Shown in pieces: positions 49,491 to 58,150 of a stretch of DNA of 64,000 nucleotides (within the stretch, counting starts at the first letter, position 1; each line of letters starts with the position of its first letter). The notes beneath the pieces were generated by a model, which worked only from the letters and a program-made list of their open reading frames with translations, did not search any database and was not told the DNA's origin. Source of the DNA: Dongia sp. (GTDB lineage Bacteria > Pseudomonadota > Alphaproteobacteria > Dongiales > Dongiaceae). The stretch lies in NCBI RefSeq assembly GCF_041918875.1, contig NZ_JAYRUV010000015.1, positions 28,139-92,138 of the forward strand. Direction: 5' to 3'. The position numbers and the translations under genes were made by a program.

Positions 49491-50921
49491 TCACGCCGCG
49501 CCGTAGCCGCAGATGCCCTTGATTTCGAGGAAATCGTGGATGCCGAAATCGGCGTATTCACGGCCGTTGCCGGACTGCTTGTAGCCGCCGAAGGGGGCGA
49601 AGGTGTCCCAGGCCGGATAGTTGATCTTGACCTGGCCGGCGCGCAATTGCCGCGCGACCTTGCGGGCATGAGCGAGATCCTTCGACTGGACGTAGGCTGC
49701 GAGCCCATAGACCGTGTCGTTGGCGATTTCGATCGCCTGTTCCTCATTGTCGTAGGACATGATGGCGATCACCGGTCCGAAGATTTCCTCGCGCGCGACG
49801 GTCATGTCGGGCGTCACATGGCCGAAGACAGTCGGGCGGATGTAATAGCCGCGGTTGAGGCCTTCCGGCCGGCCGGTGCCGCCGGCGACCAGCGTGGCAC
49901 CTTCCTTGATGCCGGTCTCGATGAGGCCCTGGATCTTGTTGAACTGCGCCTCGCTCACCACCGGGCCCAGCACCGTGTCGGCCGATTTCGGATCGCCGAC
50001 CTTGTGCGCCTCGGCGGCCTTCATGGCGACGGAGAGTGCTTCGTCATGGCGGGCGGCCGGCACCAGCATGCGCGTCGGCGCGTTGCAGGACTGGCCGCTA
50101 TTGCCGAAGCAGCCCTGGATGCCCTTATAAACGGCGGTCTCGAAATCGGCGTCGGGCAGGATGATGTTGGGCGACTTCCCGCCCAGTTCTTGGCTGACGC
50201 GCTTCACGGTGTCGGCCGCGGTCTTGGCGACGATGATGCCGGCGCGGGTCGAACCGGTGAAGGACACCATGTCGACATCCTTGTGCGCGGCGATGACCTG
50301 GCCGACCGACGGGCCGTCGCCATTCACCAGGTTGAAGACGCCGGCGGGAACGCCCGCCGCATGCATCACCTCGGCAAAGATGATGGCGTTGATCGGCGCC
50401 ACTTCGCTGGGCTTCAGCACCATGGTGCAGCCGGCGGCGATGGCGGGCGCCACCTTGCAGACGATCTGGTTCAAGGGCCAGTTCCACGGCGTGATGAGAC
50501 CCACGACGCCGATCCCTTCGCGCACCACGCGCGTGTCGCCGCGCTGTTCCTCGAACGCGAAATCCTCCAGAGCCTTGATGGTGGTCTCGAGATGGATCTT
50601 GCCCGTGGCGGCCTGCGAATCCCGCGCCATGGCGAGCGGTGCGCCCATTTCGGCGGAGACCGCCTGGGCGATGTCCTCATAGCGGTTATTGTATTCGGCG
50701 AGGATGCGCTTCAGGAGCGCCACGCGCTCGGCCTTGCTGGTCTGGGAGAATTTGGGAAAGGCTGCCTTGGCGGCGGCGACGGCCCGGTCGACATCGGCGG
50801 CACTGCCCATGGAGATCCTGGTGAAGGCCTCCTCGGTCGCGGGGTTGATGACGTCGATGGTCGCCGGCTTCACCGGATCGACCCAGATGCCGTTGATGTA
50901 GAACTTCAGATTGTTGGGCAT
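49491..50921 (-). CDS. Aldehyde dehydrogenase, paralog A
   Basis: ITPWNWPLNQ, SFTGSTRAG, QELGGKSP, NSGQSCNAP, EEIFGP, PFGGYKQSGNGRE. Confidence 0.94.
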   Translation of the reverse strand: MPNNLKFYINGIWVDPVKPATIDVINPATEEAFTRISMGSAADVDRAVAAAKAAFPKFSQTSKAERVALLKRILAEYNNRYEDIAQAVSAEMGAPLAMARDSQAATGKIHLETTIKALEDFAFEEQRGDTRVVREGIGVVGLITPWNWPLNQIVCKVAPAIAAGCTMVLKPSEVAPINAIIFAEVMHAAGVPAGVFNLVNGDGPSVGQVIAAHKDVDMVSFTGSTRAGIIVAKTAADTVKRVSQELGGKSPNIILPDADFETAVYKGIQGCFGNSGQSCNAPTRMLVPAARHDEALSVAMKAAEAHKVGDPKSADTVLGPVVSEAQFNKIQGLIETGIKEGATLVAGGTGRPEGLNRGYYIRPTVFGHVTPDMTVAREEIFGPVIAIMSYDNEEQAIEIANDTVYGLAAYVQSKDLAHARKVARQLRAGQVKINYPAWDTFAPFGGYKQSGNGREYADFGIHDFLEIKGICGYGAA

Positions 50922-50939
50922 GACAGCGCTTTCCTCAGA

Positions 50940-51014
50940 TCACTTTGGTGGTCACTTTGATGGTCACTTTGGCGAATGGCAGTGGAATACAGCATTCCAT
51001 GCCACCGCCAAAGT
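50940..51014. repeat. Three 12-bp tandem repeats merging into a long hairpin
   Basis: TCACTTTGGTGG/TCACTTTGATGG/TCACTTTGGCGA; stem ACTTTGGCG..TGGCA.TGGAAT with ATTCCA.TGCCA.CGCCAAAGT. Confidence 0.75.
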
Positions 51015-51069
51015 CCCGAAATATCATGACCGCCATGTGACGAACCGGGGATCGGCCCACGATCCAAAC

Positions 51070-51089
51070 CGTCATCCCCGGGCATGACG
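51070..51089. repeat. 20-bp REP-like family B palindrome
   Basis: CGTCATCCCCGGGCATGACG, identical copy at 56637-56656. Confidence 0.8.
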
Positions 51090-51108
51090 AAAGAGACAGA
51101 CAGACGTT

Positions 51109-52539
51109 TTAGGGTTTTCCGTAGCCGATGATGCCTTTCACTTCGAGGAAATCATGGATCGCCCAATCGGCATATTCGCGGCCGTTGCCGGACTGCTTGT
51201 AGCCGCCGAAGGGCGCAAACGTGTCCCAATCCGGATAGTTGATATTGACCTGACCCGCACGCAGCTGCCGCGCCACCGCGCGGGCATGGCTCAAATCCTT
51301 CGACTGAACGTAGGCGGCAAGGCCATAGACCGTGTCGTTGGCGATCGCGACCGCTTGCGCCTCGCTGTCATAGGACAGGATGGAAAGCACGGGGCCGAAG
51401 ATCTCCTCGCGCGCGATGGTCATCTCCGGCGTCACATGGCCGAACACGGTCGGGCGCACATAATAGCCGCGATTGAGGCCTTCCGGGCGACCAGTGCCGC
51501 CGGCAACCAGCGTGGCCCCTTCCTTGATGCCGGCTTCGATCAGGCGCTGCACCTTGTTGAACTGCAGCTCGCTGACCAAGGGACCCAGCACCGTGTCGGC
51601 GGCTTTCGGATCGCCGACCTTGTGGGCCTCGGCCGCGATCTTGGCGATGGCCAGCGCCTCCTCGTGGCGGGCGCGCGGGACCAGCATGCGGGTGGGCGCA
51701 TCGCAGGACTGGCCGGTATTGCCGAAGCAACCTTCGACTCCCTTCTTCACGGCAAGCTCGAAATCGGCATCGGGCAGGATGATGTTGGGCGACTTGCCGC
51801 CCAGTTCCTGCGCCACGCGCTTCACCGTGTCGGCCGCGGTCTTGGCGACGATGATGCCGGCGCAGGTCGAACCGGTGAAGGACACCATGTCGACATCCCT
51901 GTGCCCCGCCATCACCTGGCCGACCGAGGGACCGTCGCCATTGACCATGTTGTAGACGCCGGCCGGCGTGCCGGCGGCGTGCATGATCTCGGAAAAGACG
52001 ATGCCGCTGATGGGTGCTATCTCGCTGGGCTTCAGCACCATGGTGCAGCCGGCGGCGATGGCCGGCGCCACCTTGCAGACGATCTGATTGAGCGGCCAGT
52101 TCCACGGCGTGATGAGGGCCGCAACGCCAATCGGCTCCTTGACGATGCGCGTGGCGCCGCGCTGATGCTCGAACTCGAAATCCTCCAGCGATTTGATGGT
52201 GGCCTCGAGATGAACGCGGCCGGCCCAGGTCTGCGCATCGCGCGCCCAGGACATCGGCGCCCCCATCTCGTCGGAGACAGCGCGCGCGATATCCTCGGAA
52301 CGCTCGTTATAGATTCCCAGAATGCGTCTCAGCAGCTTGAGACGTTCGGCCTTGCTGGTTGCGGCGAATTTCGGGAACGCGGCCTTGGCGGCGGCGACGG
52401 CCCGGTCGACATCGGCGGCCGTGCCGACCGAAATTTTCACATAGGCTTCCTCGGTCGCCGGATTGATGACATCGAGTGTCGCCGGCTTCACCGGATTCAC
52501 CCATTCACCGTCGATGTAGAATTTGAGCGCGTTCGACAT
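51109..52539 (-). CDS. Aldehyde dehydrogenase, paralog B
   Basis: Same 476-aa length as paralog A and colinear with it; SFTGSTCAG, NTGQSCDAP. Confidence 0.94.
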   Translation of the reverse strand: MSNALKFYIDGEWVNPVKPATLDVINPATEEAYVKISVGTAADVDRAVAAAKAAFPKFAATSKAERLKLLRRILGIYNERSEDIARAVSDEMGAPMSWARDAQTWAGRVHLEATIKSLEDFEFEHQRGATRIVKEPIGVAALITPWNWPLNQIVCKVAPAIAAGCTMVLKPSEIAPISGIVFSEIMHAAGTPAGVYNMVNGDGPSVGQVMAGHRDVDMVSFTGSTCAGIIVAKTAADTVKRVAQELGGKSPNIILPDADFELAVKKGVEGCFGNTGQSCDAPTRMLVPRARHEEALAIAKIAAEAHKVGDPKAADTVLGPLVSELQFNKVQRLIEAGIKEGATLVAGGTGRPEGLNRGYYVRPTVFGHVTPEMTIAREEIFGPVLSILSYDSEAQAVAIANDTVYGLAAYVQSKDLSHARAVARQLRAGQVNINYPDWDTFAPFGGYKQSGNGREYADWAIHDFLEVKGIIGYGKP

Positions 52540-52589
52540 GGTCGATCTTTCATGTTGAGAGTGAGGAGAGATGGCAGGACGCGGCGCGG

Positions 52590-52880
52590 TCAGAAAGCCG
52601 CGTCGATCCTGGAGAGATCTACGCCGCGCGGGGCGGCGAGGAAGGAAGGAGGGCCGGAAGTGCGCAGCGGCCCATGGGGGTTGCCGGCTTGGCGGCTGAG
52701 ATGCTTGAGGAAATACATGGCGTCGTGGCTGATGCAGTCGAGCGGGCGGAAGACCAGGGTGGCCCGGCTGATGAAACCAGCCAGTCGAATATTAGTATCC
52801 TCCCGGCCGCCTTCGCGATGCAGCAATGTGGCGCCGGAGCGCGCGGCAATTCCGCGCAGGCCCGCGACACGGCCGGCTAT
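52590..52880 (-). pseudogene. Degenerate DUF2325-like gene fragment
   Basis: GATLLHREGGRED...LAGFISRATLVFRPLDCISHDA...KHLSRQAGNP..PLRTSG resembles the HHDGG..RAD.V.CPVDCVSH.A..K..C...GKP..LR.SG pattern with conserved positions altered; no convincing start. Confidence 0.55.
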
Positions 52881-52969
52881 GTCGCCGCCGCAAGGGACAC
52901 CCAGCCCGGCCCTCTCCCCACCCAGCCGAGGAAGGTCGGCAGGCAGAAGCCAAAAGCGCTGACGGCGCG

Positions 52970-54250
52970 TCAGAGCCGGTCCCGGAGCGCATACCACAGC
53001 ATCGCCGCAACCAGAAGCGGGTGGCGCAGCAGCGTGCCGCCGGGGAAGGTCTGGTGGCGGATGGCAGCGAAGACGTCGAAGCGTTCGGCGGTGCCGGCCA
53101 CGGCTTCGGCGATGAGCTTGCCGGCGAGACCCGTGGTGGCAACGCCCTGCCCCGAATAGCCATGGGCGAAGAAGAGATTGCCCATGCGCCCCAGCTGCGG
53201 CAGGCGCGAGGCCGTGATGGCCAGCATGCCGCCCCAGCCGTAATCGATGCGCTTATGCGCATATTGCGGATAGACGCGGGCGAGATAGGGTTGCACGAAA
53301 GCGCCGATATCGGCCGGCGGATGTGTGTTGTAGCGCTCGCCGCCGCCGAACAGGATGCGGCGGTCGGCGGAGAGGCGCCAATAGCTCACCACGAATTTTG
53401 TGTCGCAGACGCAGACATCGTGGGTGATCGCGTCGCGCGCCTCGTTATCCGACAGCGGCTCCGTGCCGACGATGAAATTGGCGATCGGCATGATCTTGCC
53501 GGCGATGCGCGGTTCGAGATCGCCAAGATAGGCATTGCAGCCGAGCACGACATAGGTGGCGTTCACTTCTCCGCCCGTGGTGACGACCCGGTTCGTCGCC
53601 CCCTTCTCGATGCGGACGACATGGCTTTGCTCATGCAGGATGGCGCCGGCGGCGATCGCCGCCTGGGCCAGGCCCTGCGCATAGTTCAATGGATGCAGAT
53701 GGCCGCCGCCCGTATCGCGCACGCCGGCATGGAAGATATCGGAACCGAGTTCCGCGCGGGTCTGCTGCTTGTCGAGGAACTTGGCACCCTTATAGCCATA
53801 GGCACGCTCAAGGCAGGCAACCTCGTCTTCCATCCACTTCCAGTCGCCGGGCTTGCTGGCGACATGGAGCGTGCCTGGTTTCAGGTCGCAGGCAATGTCG
53901 TGTTTGGCCACGCGATCGACGATGATCTGTCGTGCTTCCTCGCTCATGCTGAAGAGCTGCCTGGCGCGCGTCTCGCCGAAGGCGGCGATCAGCTCCTCCG
54001 GTCCCTTGCGCAGGCCGAGATTGATCTGGCCGCCATTGCGGCCCGATGCACCCCAGCCGATGCGCGCCTGTTCCAGCAGCACGACCTTGTAGCCGCGTTC
54101 GGCCAGATGCAGGGCCGCCGACAGGCCGGTAAAGCCGCCGCCGACGACGCAGACGTCCGCGGACACATTGCCAGACAGCGGTTCGAGACGCTGAAACGGA
54201 TTGGCTGTCGCGGCGTAATAGGAATTATCCGGATGTTCGAACGGCCCCAT
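52970..54250 (-). CDS. PuuB-like FAD oxidoreductase (gamma-glutamylputrescine oxidase family)
   Basis: HPDNSYYAATAN, VVGGGFTGLSAALHLAE, IGWGASGRNGGQ, HLHPLNY, AHGYSGQGV, FPGG. Confidence 0.88.
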   Translation of the reverse strand: MGPFEHPDNSYYAATANPFQRLEPLSGNVSADVCVVGGGFTGLSAALHLAERGYKVVLLEQARIGWGASGRNGGQINLGLRKGPEELIAAFGETRARQLFSMSEEARQIIVDRVAKHDIACDLKPGTLHVASKPGDWKWMEDEVACLERAYGYKGAKFLDKQQTRAELGSDIFHAGVRDTGGGHLHPLNYAQGLAQAAIAAGAILHEQSHVVRIEKGATNRVVTTGGEVNATYVVLGCNAYLGDLEPRIAGKIMPIANFIVGTEPLSDNEARDAITHDVCVCDTKFVVSYWRLSADRRILFGGGERYNTHPPADIGAFVQPYLARVYPQYAHKRIDYGWGGMLAITASRLPQLGRMGNLFFAHGYSGQGVATTGLAGKLIAEAVAGTAERFDVFAAIRHQTFPGGTLLRHPLLVAAMLWYALRDRL

Positions 54251-54280
54251 GATGACCCTGCATCGGTTTAGGATGGGCCT

Positions 54281-54862
54281 CTATGTAGCCGCTTTAGGTC
54301 CGTTGAGCATGCGTAAAATACTGTGCAGCGCACAATCGCCGATGCCCATTTCGTCGAGATGCTGCACCGTATTGCGCAGATATTCGACATTGGGACCGGC
54401 GATGCCGACGGCATCGCGGATTCGCGCGGCCACCTCTTCCGCCGAAAGCTTGCCGGCATATTGCGGATGCTTGCGGTCGGCCACATAAGACAGCGCTGTC
54501 ACATCGCTGTCGTCGGGCAGGCGCACCTTGAGCAAACGCGGAATGTAGACGCCGGTGATCATTTCACGCCGATGCAGATAATCGGCGGTCGCTTCGGCAT
54601 CTTCCGGTGCCACGCGATAGACGCGGCCCAGGCATTGCCCGCCGCGATCGAGCCCCAGCACCAGGCCGGGATGCGTATCGGAACCGCGATAATGCGTCGA
54701 GGTGATGCAGAAGGCACGGTGATAGCCATGGAGCGTCGCGGGCTGGATATCGATGAAGGGAAAATCCGGCCGCCACATCAGCGAGCCATAGGCGAAGACG
54801 CGCAGTTCCTGCCCCGGTTCGGGGCGATAGCGGCGCCGTTCGATCATCTCGCTTTCGGTCAT
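54281..54862 (-). CDS. chaC: ChaC-family gamma-glutamylcyclotransferase
   Basis: VFAYGSLMWRP, RGSDTHPGLVLGLDRGG, YLHRRE, GPNVEYL. Confidence 0.88.
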   Translation of the reverse strand: MTESEMIERRRYRPEPGQELRVFAYGSLMWRPDFPFIDIQPATLHGYHRAFCITSTHYRGSDTHPGLVLGLDRGGQCLGRVYRVAPEDAEATADYLHRREMITGVYIPRLLKVRLPDDSDVTALSYVADRKHPQYAGKLSAEEVAARIRDAVGIAGPNVEYLRNTVQHLDEMGIGDCALHSILRMLNGPKAAT

Positions 54863-55800
54863 TTGCGCCCGCGATCGTTGCGCCCACGATCGTTACGATT
54901 GACCAGAAAGACGCCCAGTGCCACCACACCCATGCCGCAGAAAGCCAGCGTATCCAACCGCTCATCGAACATGAAATAGCCGCCCAGAGCGGCGACCGGC
55001 GGCGTGAGATAGAAAAGGCTGGCAACCTTCGACGCGGCACCGCGCTGAATCATCCAGGTGAGGAGCGCGATCGAGATGCCGGACAGCACGACGACGATCC
55101 AGCCCATGGCGATGATGAACTGCGGCTGCCAGTCGATCTCGCCGACGCCGATGAACAGCATGACCGGCAGCAGCACGAGTGTCGCGGCGGCATATTGGAT
55201 GGCGGCACCCGCCTTCAGATCGGCATTGGGACTGAACCGTTTCTGATAGAGCGTCGCCGCGGTGATTCCCGCCAATTGCACGAAGGCAAAGAACAGCGCC
55301 CAGAGATGGCCGCCGTCGAAGACGAGCCGGTGCCAGATGACCATGGTGAGCCCGACGAAGCCGAGGCCGGCGCCCAGCCATTGCAGCGCACGCAATCTTT
55401 CGCCGAGCAAAGGCCCCGCCAGCGCCGCCGTCACGATCGGCTGCAGTCCGGCGATCAGCGCCACCATGCCGGAAGGAAGGCCCGCATAGATCGCCGCATA
55501 ACAGCCGCCGAGATAGACTGCCTGCAGCAGGATGCCGGTGACCGCGATATGGCCGATCTCGCGCAGCGTTCGCGGCCAGCGCGCGCCGAAGATGAGGCCG
55601 ATCACCGCCATCATGGTGCTCGCGAGCGCGAAGCGCATGGTGAGGATCGTGAAGGGTGCCGCATAGGGGATGGCGTATTTCGCCACCATGAAGCCCGTCG
55701 CCCAAAGCAGCACGAAGAGCGCAGGCACGCCGCGCAGCAGATTGCTGTCGGGCGATGCTGCTGGTCGGGAAGTCACGGGGCTCCGCGCCCCGTCAGCCAT
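54859..55800 (-). CDS. DMT/EamA family transporter
   Basis: FVLLWATGF, ALIAGLQP, LLGERL, TLYQKRF, VASLFYLTPP. Confidence 0.88.
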   Translation of the reverse strand: MADGARSPVTSRPAASPDSNLLRGVPALFVLLWATGFMVAKYAIPYAAPFTILTMRFALASTMMAVIGLIFGARWPRTLREIGHIAVTGILLQAVYLGGCYAAIYAGLPSGMVALIAGLQPIVTAALAGPLLGERLRALQWLGAGLGFVGLTMVIWHRLVFDGGHLWALFFAFVQLAGITAATLYQKRFSPNADLKAGAAIQYAAATLVLLPVMLFIGVGEIDWQPQFIIAMGWIVVVLSGISIALLTWMIQRGAASKVASLFYLTPPVAALGGYFMFDERLDTLAFCGMGVVALGVFLVNRNDRGRNDRGRK

Positions 55801-56596
55801 TGCCTTTTCCGAGCAGGAAGCTCAGCGCATGCTCGGTGAAGAGATGCGGGAATTCGACATTGCAGAGATGATAACCGCCCGGAATGACATAAGACTTGGC
55901 ACCCGGTATCGCCGCCGCGATCTCGGCGCCCATGGCGGGTGTCGCCCCCGGATCCTTTTCGCCGGCGATGACCAGGGTCGGGGTCTTGATGGTGGCGATC
56001 TTGTCGGCGGTCAGCTTCATGCCCTTGATCGCCTCGCCGCAGCCGGCATAGCCGTCGGCCGGCGTGGCTGCGATGAGGTCGCGGATCCATTGCGACGTCC
56101 GCGGCGCATGTTTCTGGAAATCGGCCGAGAGCCAGCGCGCCATGGTGCCGTCGATCTGGTTCGCGACCCCCTTCTCCTTCACCAGCGCATTGCGCTCGTC
56201 CCAGGCCTTGGCACCTTCGGCGCCGACCGAGCCCATGAGCGTGCTGGAGAGGATGAGTTTCTCGAGCCGCGCGCCATGACGGAAGCCGAGCGTCTGCCCG
56301 ATCATGCCGCCGATGGAAAGGCCGATGAAGCTGAACCGCTTCAACCCCAGGTGATCGGCGACACCGACGACATCGTCGGCCAGCTGGTCGAGCGTATAGG
56401 CGGCCTTGGGTGCCGCGCTGGCGCCGTGGCCGCGCATGTCGAAGGCGACGACACGGAAATGGCGCGCGAAGACCGGCAATTGCAGGCCCCACATCTCATG
56501 GCTGGTGGCCAGCGAGTGATTGAGGATGAGGGCCGGCTTATCTTCCGGGCCGGTCGCCGCGATGAAAAGCTCAGTCCCGTTGATCTTCGCGCGCAT
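55793..56596 (-). CDS. pcaD: 3-oxoadipate enol-lactonase-like alpha/beta hydrolase
   Basis: LNHSLAT..MW..Q, FDMRGHGAS, GLSIGG, MARWLS, AGEKD..TP, HLCNVE. Confidence 0.75.
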   Translation of the reverse strand: MRAKINGTELFIAATGPEDKPALILNHSLATSHEMWGLQLPVFARHFRVVAFDMRGHGASAAPKAAYTLDQLADDVVGVADHLGLKRFSFIGLSIGGMIGQTLGFRHGARLEKLILSSTLMGSVGAEGAKAWDERNALVKEKGVANQIDGTMARWLSADFQKHAPRTSQWIRDLIAATPADGYAGCGEAIKGMKLTADKIATIKTPTLVIAGEKDPGATPAMGAEIAAAIPGAKSYVIPGGYHLCNVEFPHLFTEHALSFLLGKGNG

Positions 56597-56636
56597 ATCT
56601 TCTTAAAGCCTTTTGCGATGGACTATTCACTCTTCT

Positions 56637-56656
56637 CGTCATCCCCGGGCATGACG
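56637..56656. repeat. 20-bp REP-like family B palindrome
   Basis: CGTCATCCCCGGGCATGACG, identical to 51070-51089. Confidence 0.8.
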
Positions 56657-56683
56657 ATACGAGTGTCGAAAACGACCTGGCTC

Positions 56684-57331
56684 TCAATCCGCCTTCTGCC
56701 CCGACTTGGTCAGCTGTTCCAGCTGGCGCTGCAGGGCCTGCATCTGGGCCTTGAGGTCGGAGAGTTCTTCGCCGCGCGCGGCCGGCGCTTCCGGCTTGGG
56801 TTCGGCGCCCGGGGCCGACGGACCGGTCGAGCCGACCTTGAAGGGGTTCCACATGCTCATTGCCTGCTGGAAGAAGGCCATGTTCTGCTTCGACATCTCT
56901 TCGAGCCGGTCGAGCGGCAGGACGTTGGCGAAGTTATCCTTCATGTACTGGCGGATCTGCTCCTGGTTGGTGGCGAAGCTCTCCATGCTCTTTTCCAGAT
57001 AGCCCGGCACCAGGAACTGGAGATTGTCGCCATAGAGGCTGATGAGCTGGCGCAGGAAATTGATGGGCAGCATGTTCTGCCCTTTCGATTCCTCTTCGAC
57101 GATGATCTGGGTCAGCACCGAGCGGGTGATGTCCTCGCCCGATTTGGCGTCCTCGACCGTGAAGTCCAGACCTTCGCGCACCATCTGGGCGAGATAGTCG
57201 AGCGTCACATAGGAACTGGTCGCCGTGTTGTAGAGACGGCGGTTGGCGTATTTCTTGATGCGGACGGGCGCCTGCTTGTCGCCGGACTTGGCTTGGTCGC
57301 CTTTGTTCTGGTCACCTGGCAAAGCCATCAT
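56684..57331 (-). CDS. phaR: Polyhydroxyalkanoate synthesis repressor
   Basis: IKKYANRRLYNTATSSYVTL, DAKSGEDITRSVLTQII, LPINFLRQLISLYG. Confidence 0.96.
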   Translation of the reverse strand: MMALPGDQNKGDQAKSGDKQAPVRIKKYANRRLYNTATSSYVTLDYLAQMVREGLDFTVEDAKSGEDITRSVLTQIIVEEESKGQNMLPINFLRQLISLYGDNLQFLVPGYLEKSMESFATNQEQIRQYMKDNFANVLPLDRLEEMSKQNMAFFQQAMSMWNPFKVGSTGPSAPGAEPKPEAPAARGEELSDLKAQMQALQRQLEQLTKSGQKAD

Positions 57332-57559
57332 CTACTCCCCTGCGGTAAAACCCTTTGCACTGACTTTTTGGCGCCGCGTCCGGCGCATTGCAGCAAGGTG
57401 ATCGGAAAGAATTCCCGCCGCCTGAACGCAGCATAGCACTAGAGCGGGGGCATATGGCAATGCGGTCGCTGCAACGCGAAACCGCCATGGATGCCGGTCT
57501 TGAGGCAGTGCAGCAAAGCCCGGGTTCCCTCCCCTTGCCCGCCGGGCTATAGTCGCTAA

Positions 57560-58150
57560 ATGACTGATGAAACGGGAAAGCAGGCGGGCGGGGGCGAGGC
57601 AGGCACTGGGGCGGGCGCCCCAGAACTGGAAGAGCTGGCGCGGCGCCTGCTGGATCTGTGGCAGGACCAGCTGACGGCCGTTGCCGCCAATCCGGACCTC
57701 GCCGCCCAGGCTGCCCGCCTGATGGCGGCGATGCCCCTTCCCGGCATGTGGCTGAGCCAATTGGGCCAGATGGGCGGCCAGGGCGGGACTTCGGGCGAGG
57801 ATCTGACCAGGGCCTGGGCCAGGATGACGCAAAGCTGGATGGCGCAGGATTGGTGGAAGGGAGAGACACGTGCAAACGGAGAGCCCGCACCCGAACGGCA
57901 AAAGGCCACACCGCCTGGGTCCGCGGCCGCTGCCGCAGCACCTGAGCCTCGCGGCGGCGACCTGGACGAACTCAGCCGCCGCCTTGCCGGCATTGAACGC
58001 CGCCTTGAACAGCTGGCGGAACAACCCGGCCCGAAATCAAGGCGAAAGCCCCCCGCCAAGCCTAAGGCAGCTGCAGCAAAGCCTCGCCGAACTCGGGCCC
58101 CGGATCGGCCGGGCGGATCCGGCGGCGCTGATGACGGCGCTGCAAGCTGA
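57560..58150 (+). CDS. Hypothetical protein upstream of the PHA-synthase-like gene (possibly PhaE-like)
   Basis: LEELARRLLDLWQDQLTAVAANP helix; C-terminal coiled coil LDELSRRLAGIERRLEQLA and a basic tail. Confidence 0.65.
   Translation: MTDETGKQAGGGEAGTGAGAPELEELARRLLDLWQDQLTAVAANPDLAAQAARLMAAMPLPGMWLSQLGQMGGQGGTSGEDLTRAWARMTQSWMAQDWWKGETRANGEPAPERQKATPPGSAAAAAAPEPRGGDLDELSRRLAGIERRLEQLAEQPGPKSRRKPPAKPKAAAAKPRRTRAPDRPGGSGGADDGAAS

Noticed and set aside
47577-50960. 1127-aa plus-strand ORF and other long antisense or alternate-frame ORFs (1221-2978, 3890-5506, 51154-52962, 55670-57436, 58062-59864)
   Set aside because: Shadow ORFs of well-supported genes in GC-rich DNA; no recognisable domains.
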